DNA from: Bacteriovoracia bacterium
GTDB taxonomy: Bacteria; Bdellovibrionota; UBA1018; CAIPTA01
Direction: 5' to 3'
DNA: 64,000 nt
Assembly: GCA_050246755.1 (NCBI GenBank)
Contig: JBFWVL010000005.1
Location: 64,001-128,000 of the forward strand
Both the position numbers and the translations under genes were made by a program. The notes under the pieces are model-generated. The model did not search any database, was not told the DNA's origin, and saw only the letters and a program-made list of their open reading frames with translations. Positions within the stretch are counted from its first letter, which is position 1, and each line of letters starts with the position of its first letter. Shown here one piece after another: positions 36,419 through 46,037 of this stretch.

Positions 36419-37558
36419 ATGATTCAGCGCTTATTCATTCTCACTTCATTGCTGGTGGCGCTCGCCATCTCGCTCGGCGTGGCCCAGGCGGCTCCCGCGA
36501 GGTATCCCATCAAGGTGAAAGTGAGTGTTTCGGGGGCCGAGAGCACCACGGTGTATATCATTCCGCCCGAAAAAAAATATTCTCTCTCGGTTAATAATTC
36601 CGAACAGAAGCGCACGAAGATTGCCCTGTACGATAAAGACGGAAATAAAAAAGAAGGGCTCTACTGGATCGCTAACGCGGACCTTGAAAAAGTAATGCGG
36701 AAACCGATCGCCGACGTATTGACTACGCTCCAAAATCGTCCAACGGCCGCTCCCTGCGCCAACTGTGGAGTCGACGATGCGCAGAATCGTCCTGAGCCCA
36801 CCGCGGAACCCGCCAACGCTCCGGCGCCCGCTTCGGTTTCATCTTCCGCGAATCCCCTTTGCAATCGTTTCCACGAATTCGTGAAAAAAGGCGTGCCCGA
36901 AGCTCCGCTGAAACAAGCCTTGCTTTACTATAGCCGTTTTAAGAAAAAATTCGCGGGCAACGATCGCTATATCAGCATAGCGGATTATTCCCAGCGTTCG
37001 AACAAAAAGCGTTTTTATATGCTCGACCTGAAAACCGGGGAGCTGATGAACGAAAAAGTTTCTCACGGCAGCGGCATGTCGCGCGGGCGTATCGTAAGCG
37101 ATCCTAATAACGACGGCATGGTGGACCGCTGTGAACATCCCGACCGGGTGCTCGCCGCCAAAAGAAATCCTCGCCGCGCCTATAAGACCCGCGAAAATAT
37201 GACGAGACCGGGTTTTTTTGCCACCGGATCCCTGAACCTTTCCGTGGCCCATGCCCGCAAATGGCCGCGCGTAACGAGTCGTACCAATAGTCTTTTACTA
37301 AACGGCCTTTCGGGAAAGATCAACGGCTCCGCCCGCCAAGACGGGGTGTTCATGCACGAAACCTACTATAATTTCGACGGCCCGGGCCTCATGGGAAAAA
37401 CCTTCGGCTGCCCGGGATTCGTGCAGAGAAAAGGTACGCCGATCTTCAAGAAGATCGTGGGCGGGAGTCTCTATTATTCCTACGTACCCGTCTGCAAAGA
37501 CGATATGGACTACGTGCTCCAGGACATCAAGGACTGGGACAAATTCTGCGAAGAATAG
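36419..37558 (+). CDS. Murein L,D-transpeptidase catalytic domain family protein (YkuD_2)
   Basis: Signal peptide; IADYSQRSNKKRFYMLDL, VSHGSG, LNGL...N..AR..GVFMH, GKTFGCP. Confidence 0.85.
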   Translation: MIQRLFILTSLLVALAISLGVAQAAPARYPIKVKVSVSGAESTTVYIIPPEKKYSLSVNNSEQKRTKIALYDKDGNKKEGLYWIANADLEKVMRKPIADVLTTLQNRPTAAPCANCGVDDAQNRPEPTAEPANAPAPASVSSSANPLCNRFHEFVKKGVPEAPLKQALLYYSRFKKKFAGNDRYISIADYSQRSNKKRFYMLDLKTGELMNEKVSHGSGMSRGRIVSDPNNDGMVDRCEHPDRVLAAKRNPRRAYKTRENMTRPGFFATGSLNLSVAHARKWPRVTSRTNSLLLNGLSGKINGSARQDGVFMHETYYNFDGPGLMGKTFGCPGFVQRKGTPIFKKIVGGSLYYSYVPVCKDDMDYVLQDIKDWDKFCEE

Positions 37559-37584
37559 CTTTGCGCTGCCAACTTGATAAATAA

Positions 37585-38466
37585 TTATTCGCCCGAAGCG
37601 AAGAGACGTGGATATTTTCCGCCGGTGATTTTATTCAGGCGGGATTTAATCCCTAGATCCAGCCTGGTTTGTGCGCTGATTAAGTCGCGGTTCTGAATTT
37701 CCATATTGCGGCCATAGCATTCGATCATGGCCGTCTGAAACTTAGAGAAGGGATCCCACTGGGTTTCGAACGTACGTACGATCTGGATCATCCAGAGTGG
37801 GATCTTGCGTTCGCACTTCAGCTCCAGAATAGCATAGCGGCTCTGGTACTGGTCCTCAAAGGTTTCGTTATGGTCGTAGTGGCTCATCCGGCTTTCGTCG
37901 GGTTTTACGTTGTAGGTATTTTCTTCCATGTAACGGAGGTCGCGATCAATGGTCACGCGTGCGTACTCGTCGTGGCGGGAAAGCCAGGCGCGGCGGCGGT
38001 ATTGGCTGAGCACTTGGGGCTGAAGGCCGAAGGTTTCGTGCTTCTCCAAAAAATCGCGCATATTCTTGTCCGCGTAGGGATCGAAATCCTTAATGGCCGA
38101 AGGATTTTCGAAAAGATCCGAGATATTTTCGAGGGGAAATTTCGAGCGGCGTTTTTTACAGAAGTTTTCGATTTTCTGTTTGCTCTCGAGGTAATAAGGA
38201 GGCTTGGGATCAGCCCCATAAGAGCGGATGCGGAAGCTGGAATAGGCGAACTCGATCCCGAGCGGGCGCCGCATCATGATGCGGTTCATGCTGTCGAGGT
38301 AGAGGCTATTGATAATGTAGAAACCGCCGGGCGAGATTTGGGAATAGTAATCCATCTCGCAGTATTGGTTCACGTAGTCGGTGATCGGCTCGATCAGCGA
38401 AATCGGAATGCGGTACTTTAGCTCGTAGCGATCCAGGTTCAGGGGTGATACGGCTTTAGCGGTCAT
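37585..38466 (-). CDS. VTC-domain (polyphosphate polymerase-like, CYTH/TTM) protein
   Basis: RYELKY, INSLYLD, FRIRSY, LESKQK, YRRRAW, RVTIDRDL, ILELK, FSKF. Confidence 0.9.
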   Translation of the reverse strand: MTAKAVSPLNLDRYELKYRIPISLIEPITDYVNQYCEMDYYSQISPGGFYIINSLYLDSMNRIMMRRPLGIEFAYSSFRIRSYGADPKPPYYLESKQKIENFCKKRRSKFPLENISDLFENPSAIKDFDPYADKNMRDFLEKHETFGLQPQVLSQYRRRAWLSRHDEYARVTIDRDLRYMEENTYNVKPDESRMSHYDHNETFEDQYQSRYAILELKCERKIPLWMIQIVRTFETQWDPFSKFQTAMIECYGRNMEIQNRDLISAQTRLDLGIKSRLNKITGGKYPRLFASGE

Positions 38467-39803
38467 GCGCCTATCCTCCGGTTCGTTTTCGAGAGGTGGT
38501 TCAGGTCAGCGTCTTCGGCCAAGCGGCCCGTTTCGTAGAGAAATTCGATATAGAGCGTGCGGATCTCGCCCAGAAGCTTGATCCGGTAGAGGCGCTTGGA
38601 AATGCTGGCGCGTTGGAGCTCCATCGCGAGCGCGGGATCGTTGCGGAGCAAGCTGTCGGTGATATTGGCTTTGCCTTCGCTGGAATTCAGGTAGGCGGCC
38701 ACTTTTTCTTTCACGATTTCGCGCAGGGCGGCCGCATGCTCCCCGGCTTCGTCGGATTCCACCTGGGCCTCCACTTCGAGGCGCGCCACTTTAATGCGGT
38801 CACGCTGTTCGTCTAGGTCGCCGGCCGCGAGGAAAGGCAGGTTGAACGTGATGCCGAGGCTATAGGAGGTTCCGCGGCGCGTTTCGTTGGGAAACTGGTT
38901 AGAGTCCGGAATGGTGGCGCCGTCGAATTGGTACTGGTCGTAGCGGTGGCTTTTAATGGAATCCACTCCTTTGCCAACGGAAAATTTGATTCCGTCGATC
39001 CATTTGGAATTTTTCTCCAGGCCGTACTTATGTCGCGCGCGCTCCACCGTGAGGTCGTTCAGCACGTCTTCGCTGGTTAAGCTGGAGATGTCGGTCATGC
39101 CTTTGAGGCGCTCGCCGATATCCTGGGCCGATACCACTTGGTCGATCTCGAGTTCGTTCAGCGTTAGGCCGCGGCGGGAGAGGCTATGATTCACGCCCGC
39201 GATGATGCTGGAGATTTCCGCCATTTCATTTTTGGCTTTATCGATTTCCCCGGCGGCTTTCAGCACGGCTTTCGCGTCGCCCTCCGAGCGGGCGGTGATT
39301 CCGCTGAGGCGCTGTGAGCGATCGAGCACGAGATTCCATTCGTTGAGCAGGGCCTGCTCTTCACGGGCCTGTGCGGCCCGGGCCAAAAGCTCGTGGGCGG
39401 CCTTGGCGCTTTTCGACTGCAGGATTTTTCGCTCGAGCGCGGTACGCGATTTGAGGGTCTTCTCGTATTTATAATAAGAGATGGCCTCGAATATTCCCTT
39501 GGGCTTCAGCTCGAGGGACAGCTTATTAGCATACTCGCTCTCATCGCGGTCGCGAATGCGGGTCTTGATACGGTCGGTCGGGGTGTTTCCGTACACGAGC
39601 GTTTCCGAGCGGCCGAGGGAATCGCCCCAGGAATGCTCGAATCCTAGCTTGATTTCCGATACCGGATTCAAAAATTGCCGAGAGGTGGCCTCCTCTAGTT
39701 CAGGCACGCGCGCGGCCGATTTCTGGAGCAGTAGCTCCGGAGTATAGGCCGCCGCGTTCTGAGCGGCGAGTAGCGCGGTTACGGTGAGGGCAAGGCGAAG
39801 CAC
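38463..39803 (-). CDS. TolC-like outer membrane efflux protein (divergent)
   Basis: Signal peptide; two repeats of beta-strand pair plus long helices; SLGITFNLPF strand-to-helix motif; follows a HlyD gene. Confidence 0.6.
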   Translation of the reverse strand: MLRLALTVTALLAAQNAAAYTPELLLQKSAARVPELEEATSRQFLNPVSEIKLGFEHSWGDSLGRSETLVYGNTPTDRIKTRIRDRDESEYANKLSLELKPKGIFEAISYYKYEKTLKSRTALERKILQSKSAKAAHELLARAAQAREEQALLNEWNLVLDRSQRLSGITARSEGDAKAVLKAAGEIDKAKNEMAEISSIIAGVNHSLSRRGLTLNELEIDQVVSAQDIGERLKGMTDISSLTSEDVLNDLTVERARHKYGLEKNSKWIDGIKFSVGKGVDSIKSHRYDQYQFDGATIPDSNQFPNETRRGTSYSLGITFNLPFLAAGDLDEQRDRIKVARLEVEAQVESDEAGEHAAALREIVKEKVAAYLNSSEGKANITDSLLRNDPALAMELQRASISKRLYRIKLLGEIRTLYIEFLYETGRLAEDADLNHLSKTNRRIGA

Positions 39804-39815
39804 AGGATTCTCCTA

Positions 39816-41594
39816 CTAACGGCCCGAACGTGGTCCGGTGATCGTAGTGATTTTTGAACCACGCGATCCCAGGTCGAAGGTGATCAAGAACAGATTTTTC
39901 TCGGCGTTATAAGCCACGCCTTCCGGGCTGTCGGCCTTGAACTTGCGGATCAGCTTGGGCTTAAGCTCGTTCTCACTGAGGCTCCAGAAGCCGCCGCAAG
40001 ACTCGCTTTTGCAGGAAGTGGTAAAGTACGCGGTATTGCCCACGAACGTGAGGTCCGTCATGCGGTAGGTGGAGCCGTCGTTCTCGTCGAACTTCACGGT
40101 TTTCCAAACTTCGAGCTCGGTATTTTCACCCTTGGCGGTGAACAAGGCATCCACGCTCGGCACGCGCAGGATGAGGGAAGCGTTATCGGCGGTCTGCGGG
40201 GCCTTGAGGCCGATATAGAGCGCGCCGTCGCGGATATCGTGGGCTTCCACCTCGAATTTGTCCATGCCGTCTTCGGCCATGGCCTGCAGCAGCGGATGTT
40301 CAGAATTTTTGATGAGCTTGCGAACCAGCTTGCCGAGGTTTACTTCCTGGGTGTCGGAGAGAACCACGCCCTTGCGTTTCATGCGCACAAAGAGGTTGCG
40401 GGCTTTTTTGATATCGCTTTCCTTCTTCGCGGTGAGGGAGGTCATCACGTAGAGGTAATCGCCCGCCACGCTCACCGATTCCATGTCGTTGATTTCTTTC
40501 ACGCCGGGAATGCGCAGGGTTTGCTCGTCCACTTCTCCGTCCTGCGACATCAGGAAGAGCCAAGGCGCGTTCGATTCGTCGGTATCGTCCGATACCACGA
40601 GGTATTTCTTGAGGTCGGGCAGATACACCGCGCCGGAAGCCTCGAAGCTGGATTTGTCGGAGAGCGAGGGGGGTAGCTTCACTTGCACGGGCGCCTGGCC
40701 TTCGGCCTTAGCGGCGGCGTCTTCGTCGTCGGCTCTGGCCACGAGGGCAGGCAGCAGGGAAACCACGGGGGAAATCTGCACTTTTTCGCCGAGGATAATA
40801 TTGCTCTCTTTAGGAATTTCAATCATCACTTCGCGGCCCCAGATGGGCACGCCGTTGCGGCCGCCGGAAGTGGGCGCTAAGCGGAGGGGAAGCTCCACGA
40901 ATCGGGCGCCCACGCTGACCACCTTGCCGTCTACCGAGCTGCCGTTATTAGTGAGCGAGCTGATGCGCACGTGGCTGCCGGGATGCACGCTGGTTTGCAG
41001 CGCTTCGTTCACAAAGCCTTGCACGAAGGTGGGGCTATCGGGGGAAATGGTCACGAGCGAAGAGAAAGCGGGCGCGCGTTCGCCGCGCTTGAAGTTCACG
41101 CTGCCCACGATGCCGTCGATTTCGGCGAACACGTAGAGGTTATTGCGCTGGCGTTCCAGGAAGCCGCGCTCTTCTTCGAGCTCGCGGAGCTCTACCGATA
41201 AAGGATCTTCTCCCACGGCGAGGCTAGTATTGCCCACGGCCTTGTTCATCTGTTCGCGCACCGAGCGCTCGGCGCGGAGCTTTTGCACTTGGGCGGTGAG
41301 CTGACGGATCTGGGTATTGAGCTCGGTCTGATTGAGCTCAATCAGGAGGTCGCCTTTTTGTACGCGTTGCCCTTGGATCACGTGCACACGCTTGATTTCC
41401 ACTGGGTACTCGAAGTTAACGTTGGATTCGCGCGAGCCGGCCACGCCGTGGAAGCTGAGATCGGGGGAGTTCAGGTAGAAACCCATGCCCACGATCACCA
41501 CCACCGCCGCGAGGATGCACCAGGCGTGGAAGGTATTTTCGGAACCGATGATTTCGTCTTTGATAAAAGTAAGGGGATTGAATCTTTTTTTCAT
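39816..41594 (-). CDS. HlyD-family periplasmic adaptor fused to an acidic beta-propeller domain
   Basis: TM anchor, lipoyl halves (VHVIQGQRVQKGDLLIEL; FAEIDGIVGSV), coiled coil; C-terminal FEASG, VSDD, DMES, PEGVAY blades (DUF3616/SdiA-regulated-like). Confidence 0.85.
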   Translation of the reverse strand: MKKRFNPLTFIKDEIIGSENTFHAWCILAAVVVIVGMGFYLNSPDLSFHGVAGSRESNVNFEYPVEIKRVHVIQGQRVQKGDLLIELNQTELNTQIRQLTAQVQKLRAERSVREQMNKAVGNTSLAVGEDPLSVELRELEEERGFLERQRNNLYVFAEIDGIVGSVNFKRGERAPAFSSLVTISPDSPTFVQGFVNEALQTSVHPGSHVRISSLTNNGSSVDGKVVSVGARFVELPLRLAPTSGGRNGVPIWGREVMIEIPKESNIILGEKVQISPVVSLLPALVARADDEDAAAKAEGQAPVQVKLPPSLSDKSSFEASGAVYLPDLKKYLVVSDDTDESNAPWLFLMSQDGEVDEQTLRIPGVKEINDMESVSVAGDYLYVMTSLTAKKESDIKKARNLFVRMKRKGVVLSDTQEVNLGKLVRKLIKNSEHPLLQAMAEDGMDKFEVEAHDIRDGALYIGLKAPQTADNASLILRVPSVDALFTAKGENTELEVWKTVKFDENDGSTYRMTDLTFVGNTAYFTTSCKSESCGGFWSLSENELKPKLIRKFKADSPEGVAYNAEKNLFLITFDLGSRGSKITTITGPRSGR

Positions 41595-41595
41595 A

Positions 41596-42279
41596 CTAAA
41601 TCTCCACCACCGCTTCTTGCATCATGAGGTTCACGCTTTTGGCGCCCTCGATGTTTTTCACTTCGCGCACGAATGCTTCGCGCCCGGCGTCTTTCTTAAA
41701 TTTCACGTGGTAAGCGAAATCGATGATATTGCCCTGGCCCATCTCTCGCAGGGAGACGAGGTTATAGTTTTTGCAGTGGGTATTGAGCACTTGCTCGAGC
41801 TCACGCTGCTGCTTCTCGGTGGCGGTAAGATTCAGGCGGAGGAGGGCATCGTACTGTGGACCGTGCGCGAAGGGAGTTTTCGCGAGAATCACCACCGCAA
41901 TGCCGAAGCAGATCGCGCCCATGGCGGCTACCGAGTAGTTGTGCACTCCGCAAGCGAGGCCCACCGAGAGGGCGGCGAAGATAAAGAGCATATCGCGGGG
42001 GTCTTTGATGTCGGTGCGGAAGCGCAGGAGCGAGATCGTGCCCACCATGCCGATACCGCGGGCCACGTTGTCGCCGATGGCTTGCATGGCTACGGCCGTG
42101 AGGATGGGACAGAGCACGAGGCAGTGAAGGAAGTTACGCGAATAGGAAAGGCCACGGAAAGTTTTGATATAGAGAATCGTGATCCCGCTGCCCAATACGA
42201 AAGACAATAAGAAGGCGTAGAACACCGTGAAAAGCGTTGGGTTCGCAACGGCGGACGAGAGGGATTGAATATCAAGCAT
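41596..42279 (-). CDS. DUF4956 domain membrane protein
   Basis: YSRNF, IGDNVARGIGMVGTISLLRFRT, KDPRDMLFIF, GLACG, C-terminal ACT-like domain. Confidence 0.92.
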   Translation of the reverse strand: MLDIQSLSSAVANPTLFTVFYAFLLSFVLGSGITILYIKTFRGLSYSRNFLHCLVLCPILTAVAMQAIGDNVARGIGMVGTISLLRFRTDIKDPRDMLFIFAALSVGLACGVHNYSVAAMGAICFGIAVVILAKTPFAHGPQYDALLRLNLTATEKQQRELEQVLNTHCKNYNLVSLREMGQGNIIDFAYHVKFKKDAGREAFVREVKNIEGAKSVNLMMQEAVVEI

Positions 42280-42322
42280 GCGGACTGGCCTCGAGCTACA
42301 AAGTTTGCTGCGGTGCAATATA

Positions 42323-42340
42323 TTAGGAAATTGTTAGGAA
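42323..42340 (-). promoter_or_regulatory. 11-bp-period direct repeat (possible OmpR/PhoB-family site)
   Basis: TTAGGAA at 42323 and 42334, about 45 nt upstream of the DUF4956 start. Confidence 0.4.
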
Positions 42341-42394
42341 GTAAAGTTAAATAGTCGGAAATTATGCTCTAGTCGATTATAGAAGCGTTAGACC

Positions 42395-42537
42395 TGGCCT
42401 AGTTGATTGTTGATGGACACCGCTAACCAATTGTAGTTATTGAATAATTTCTAAAATAGTTTCTGATTTATACCAGTTGAAGCTAAGTTTGCGAAACAGC
42501 GCGCGAATGGCCGTAAAAACAACAATTAAGTAGACCA
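42395..42537. mobile_element. 143-bp MITE-like element, copy 1
   Basis: Imperfect 18-bp TIR TGGCCTAGTTGATTGTTG / CAACAATTAAGTAGACCA; aligns without gaps to the reverse complement of 48318-48460 (107/143 identical by manual count). Confidence 0.7.
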
Positions 42538-42580
42538 GCTAGTGACAAATACCTTAGCAAAATGATAATGCATTGCATCA

Positions 42581-43942
42581 ATGCGTGTAAGTTTTCAATA
42601 TTCCGCTCTTTTCTTGATTGCCAGCCTAGTCACCGGTTGCGCGGGCGGTTTGCAATTGGACGGCAAAACTTCGCCGCGCTCGAATCGAACCGTGGTGCTT
42701 TTCCTGGTGGACGGACTGGGCGCCAAGCTCCTTCAGAGCGGAATTTCTTCGGGACTCATGCCCAATACGCGTCGTTTTTTTCTGAAAAATAAAACGGCCT
42801 TCGCGCAAGGGCAGGCCGCCTTTCCCTCGCTCACGTACCCCAATCTTTCGGGAGTTCTCACCTCGAAGGCGGTGGGCGATCAGCCCGTAACCTCCAATAA
42901 GGTGGCCGTGAACGGAAAAGTGGTGAATTATGAATCTCCTTTCCACCACGATGATCTCGAGCGGGCGGTCCGGCCCCAGAGTATTTTCACGCGTCTCGCG
43001 AGCCAGGGAAAAACCAGCGCCAGCTTTTCCTTCGTGCTCGGAGAGGATGCCACCGACCATATGGCCGTGGGCCTGCGCGAAGGCCTTGAATACCAAAGCC
43101 ATGAGTACCGCGAGCTCGACGAGCGGCTGCTCACGAATCTTGAAGAATATCTGGCCGACAAGGAAAACCCCGCCACCTGGCCTTCCTTCATCTACGTGCA
43201 TCTCGTGGGAGTAGATGGAACAGCCCACCATTTCGGCGTGCGCTCCCGGCAAACCCGCGAATACCTGGCTTGGCTCGATCGGCGGTTGGCGCCGGTTTTT
43301 AAAATCCTCGTCGCGGCCGAAAAACGCAAACAAGTAACCAGTATCCTCACGGCTGATCACGGCTTCGTGGACACGGAACGCTTCGTGGATTTGGAAAAAT
43401 TCGTCCGTAAGACCGATAAGACCCTGCTCGTGACCAACGAGAGCCGTTTCTTGGGCCTCTACCGCAAGCCCGGAGCTCGGCCCGAAGCCCTCGAAGAGCT
43501 GCTTGTCCATATTCGCTCCGTGCCCGGCGTGGAGCTCACCGTTTTGCGAAAAGAAAATCGTCTTGAATTCTCCACGGCGCGCCAAACCTTAGCCTTCGGG
43601 TATGGCCCGGCCTTATGCGAGTCCGCTAGTTTTTCGCTCGCTCCTGCAAATGAGAGCGCGAGCCTCGCCTCCGGCACGTTTCGCTGCCCGGATGAGCTCA
43701 ATCCCGTGATCCAGCCCTATCCCTTTCTCGTGAGCGGTCTCTCGCGCTACCTGAATGCCCCTAATCATCCCGACGCGGTGGTGATCGCCAAGCCCGATAC
43801 CTCGTTCACCAAAGACCATAAGGGCAACCATGGCGGCCCCACTGCCGACGAAATGCTCGTTCCCATCCTTTTGCGTAACGCGGCCATCGCCGGAGCGTTT
43901 CCTCACACTAGTGACTTGCTGAAAACCCTCGATAAGCTTTAA
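42581..43942 (+). CDS. Alkaline phosphatase superfamily lipoprotein (nucleotide pyrophosphatase/phosphodiesterase-like)
   Basis: Lipobox VTGC; FLVDGLG, FPSLTYPN, DGTAHHFG, TADHG, GNHGG, EMLVP. Confidence 0.9.
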   Translation: MRVSFQYSALFLIASLVTGCAGGLQLDGKTSPRSNRTVVLFLVDGLGAKLLQSGISSGLMPNTRRFFLKNKTAFAQGQAAFPSLTYPNLSGVLTSKAVGDQPVTSNKVAVNGKVVNYESPFHHDDLERAVRPQSIFTRLASQGKTSASFSFVLGEDATDHMAVGLREGLEYQSHEYRELDERLLTNLEEYLADKENPATWPSFIYVHLVGVDGTAHHFGVRSRQTREYLAWLDRRLAPVFKILVAAEKRKQVTSILTADHGFVDTERFVDLEKFVRKTDKTLLVTNESRFLGLYRKPGARPEALEELLVHIRSVPGVELTVLRKENRLEFSTARQTLAFGYGPALCESASFSLAPANESASLASGTFRCPDELNPVIQPYPFLVSGLSRYLNAPNHPDAVVIAKPDTSFTKDHKGNHGGPTADEMLVPILLRNAAIAGAFPHTSDLLKTLDKL

Positions 43943-43954
43943 TCTCCGCTTTCT

Positions 43955-45784
43955 ATGTCGGAAAACCTCCTCCAGCTCCAATCGGCCGCCAAATCCTACG
44001 GCTCTCGCTTTCTCTTCGAGAACGCCACTTTTTCCGTGAACAGCGGGGAGCATATCGGCGTGATCGGCCCCAACGGGGCGGGCAAAACCACGATGTTCAA
44101 GATCCTGGCTCAGCAGGAAGAGATGGACCACGGCCAGCTCATCCGCTCCAAAAAACTTTCCCTGGGCTATCTCTCGCAGCACGATAAGTGGGAGCCGGAA
44201 GAAACCGGCAATTCCTTCCTCGAGCGCGTAACGCAGATCCCGATCTGGGAACTAAAAGCCCGCGGCCGCGAGCTGCAGGTAACGGAAGAACTGCTCGACC
44301 GGCAAATCGTCTCGCTCAGCGGCGGCTACCGCATGCGCATCAAGCTGATGGGCCTGCTCGGTTCCGCGCCTAACCTCATGCTGCTCGACGAGCCCACCAA
44401 CTATTTGGATCTCGAAACCACGCTTCTGCTCGAGCGCTTCCTGCAAGGCTACGAAGGTGCATTCCTCTTAATCTCCCACGACCGCGAATTCCTCCGCCGC
44501 ACCACCGATCATATCCTCGAGGTAGAGGGCGGCGATATGACCAAGTACAATGGGAATATCGACGACTACTTCGAGCAGAAAGAATTGTTGCGTACCCAGC
44601 TCGAAGCGAGCGCTGCCGGCCAAGCCAAGAAAAAAGAAGCCATCATGGACTTCGTGAACCGCTTCGGCGCGAAAGCCACGAAGGCCAAGCAGGCGCAATC
44701 TCGGTTAAAAAGTTTGGCGAAAATGGAAACGATCGAGATCAAGCCCCTGCCGAACGCCACCGTGATCAATATTCCCCCGCCCGCGAAAACCGGCAAAGCC
44801 ATTCTCTCGGTGGAAAACGCGCGTTTCGGCTACGGCGAAAAAACGATTCTCTCCGACGTGACCCTCACCGTAATGAAGGGCGATCACGTGGCGGTGGTGG
44901 GGCTGAACGGCGCTGGGAAATCCACGCTGCTCAAAGGCATCTCCGGAACCCTGTCTCCGCTCACCGGTAAGTTCGAGTTCGGCCTCGACGTGAAAATCGC
45001 TTTCTTCGCCCAGCACGTGATCGAGGCCCTCGACGCGGAAGACACCGTCTACCGCTCCCTCGAGAAAGCCGCCCACAAAGACGTGAAGCCCCAGGAGATC
45101 CTGAACCTCGCGGGCTCCCTATTATTTTCCGGCGACGACGTGAAGAAACCCGTTTCGGTGCTTTCGGGCGGCGAAAAATCCCGCGTGGCCCTCGGGCGCG
45201 TGCTTTTGCAAAAAGCTCCCTGTCTCGTACTCGATGAGCCCACCAACCATTTGGATTTCCAAACCGTGGAAGCGCTCACGAATGCGCTGCGCGCGTATGA
45301 GGGCACGGTAATCGTGGTGAGCCACGACCGTGGTTTCATCCGGCGCGTGGGCACTAAGATCCTCGAAGTGGCCAATGGAAAAGTGCGGCTTTACCCCGGC
45401 ACCTACGAAGAGTACGTATGGAGCGTACAGCAGGGATTGGCGGCGGGTGATAGTCCTGAAGAGAAGCCGGCGAAGAAGAAAACCGTAGTGGTGGAAGCCG
45501 TGGTGGAGCAGGCCAAGCCCACGAACTGGAAAGACCAGAAGAAGCAGCTCGAGAGGGAACTGAAATCCTGCGAGAGAAAATTCCGCGACTGCGAGAAAGA
45601 GCTCACCGATCTGCAAACCGAGAACGAAGAGCTGAATAAAAAACTCATGGAAGCCGTGGACATGACCCTCGTGCGCCGGATGACCGCGAACGGGTCCCGC
45701 ATCGCCGAGCTCGAGGCGCTATGGCTGCAATTAGCCGAAGAGAAAGAGCGCTGGGCTAAGGCCGTGGAAGAGATGAAGGGTTAA
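43955..45784 (+). CDS. ABC-F family ATP-binding protein
   Basis: Two ABC domains (GPNGAGKT, LSGG, DEPTNYLD; GLNGAGKS, LSGGE, DEPTNHLD), linker KAKQAQSR, no TM. Confidence 0.96.
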   Translation: MSENLLQLQSAAKSYGSRFLFENATFSVNSGEHIGVIGPNGAGKTTMFKILAQQEEMDHGQLIRSKKLSLGYLSQHDKWEPEETGNSFLERVTQIPIWELKARGRELQVTEELLDRQIVSLSGGYRMRIKLMGLLGSAPNLMLLDEPTNYLDLETTLLLERFLQGYEGAFLLISHDREFLRRTTDHILEVEGGDMTKYNGNIDDYFEQKELLRTQLEASAAGQAKKKEAIMDFVNRFGAKATKAKQAQSRLKSLAKMETIEIKPLPNATVINIPPPAKTGKAILSVENARFGYGEKTILSDVTLTVMKGDHVAVVGLNGAGKSTLLKGISGTLSPLTGKFEFGLDVKIAFFAQHVIEALDAEDTVYRSLEKAAHKDVKPQEILNLAGSLLFSGDDVKKPVSVLSGGEKSRVALGRVLLQKAPCLVLDEPTNHLDFQTVEALTNALRAYEGTVIVVSHDRGFIRRVGTKILEVANGKVRLYPGTYEEYVWSVQQGLAAGDSPEEKPAKKKTVVVEAVVEQAKPTNWKDQKKQLERELKSCERKFRDCEKELTDLQTENEELNKKLMEAVDMTLVRRMTANGSRIAELEALWLQLAEEKERWAKAVEEMKG

Positions 45785-45788
45785 CCTT

Positions 45789-46037
45789 TTACTCGCACGC
45801 ATCCACTTTGCCTTCACCGAACGAGCAGTCGTACGAAGTGGGCCAGCATTCGGATCCCCATACCTTCACGCGCTGGTCGTTGGCTTCCAGCACGGCATAG
45901 CAGCGGTAAACATTTTCTTGGGGAAAATGGCGCTTTTGGCAGTAGTTAGGTTCGTGGCTCCAGCTTTGTTCCACCACTTTGCAGTCGGAGGCGAAAGAAG
46001 AGTGGACGAAGAGGCTAACGAAAAGAAAAGTGAGCAT
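45789..46037 (-). CDS. Small secreted six-Cys protein (82 aa)
   Basis: RBS-like AAGAAG; signal peptide ending SFA; six Cys in the mature part. Confidence 0.6.
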   Translation of the reverse strand: MLTFLFVSLFVHSSFASDCKVVEQSWSHEPNYCQKRHFPQENVYRCYAVLEANDQRVKVWGSECWPTSYDCSFGEGKVDACE

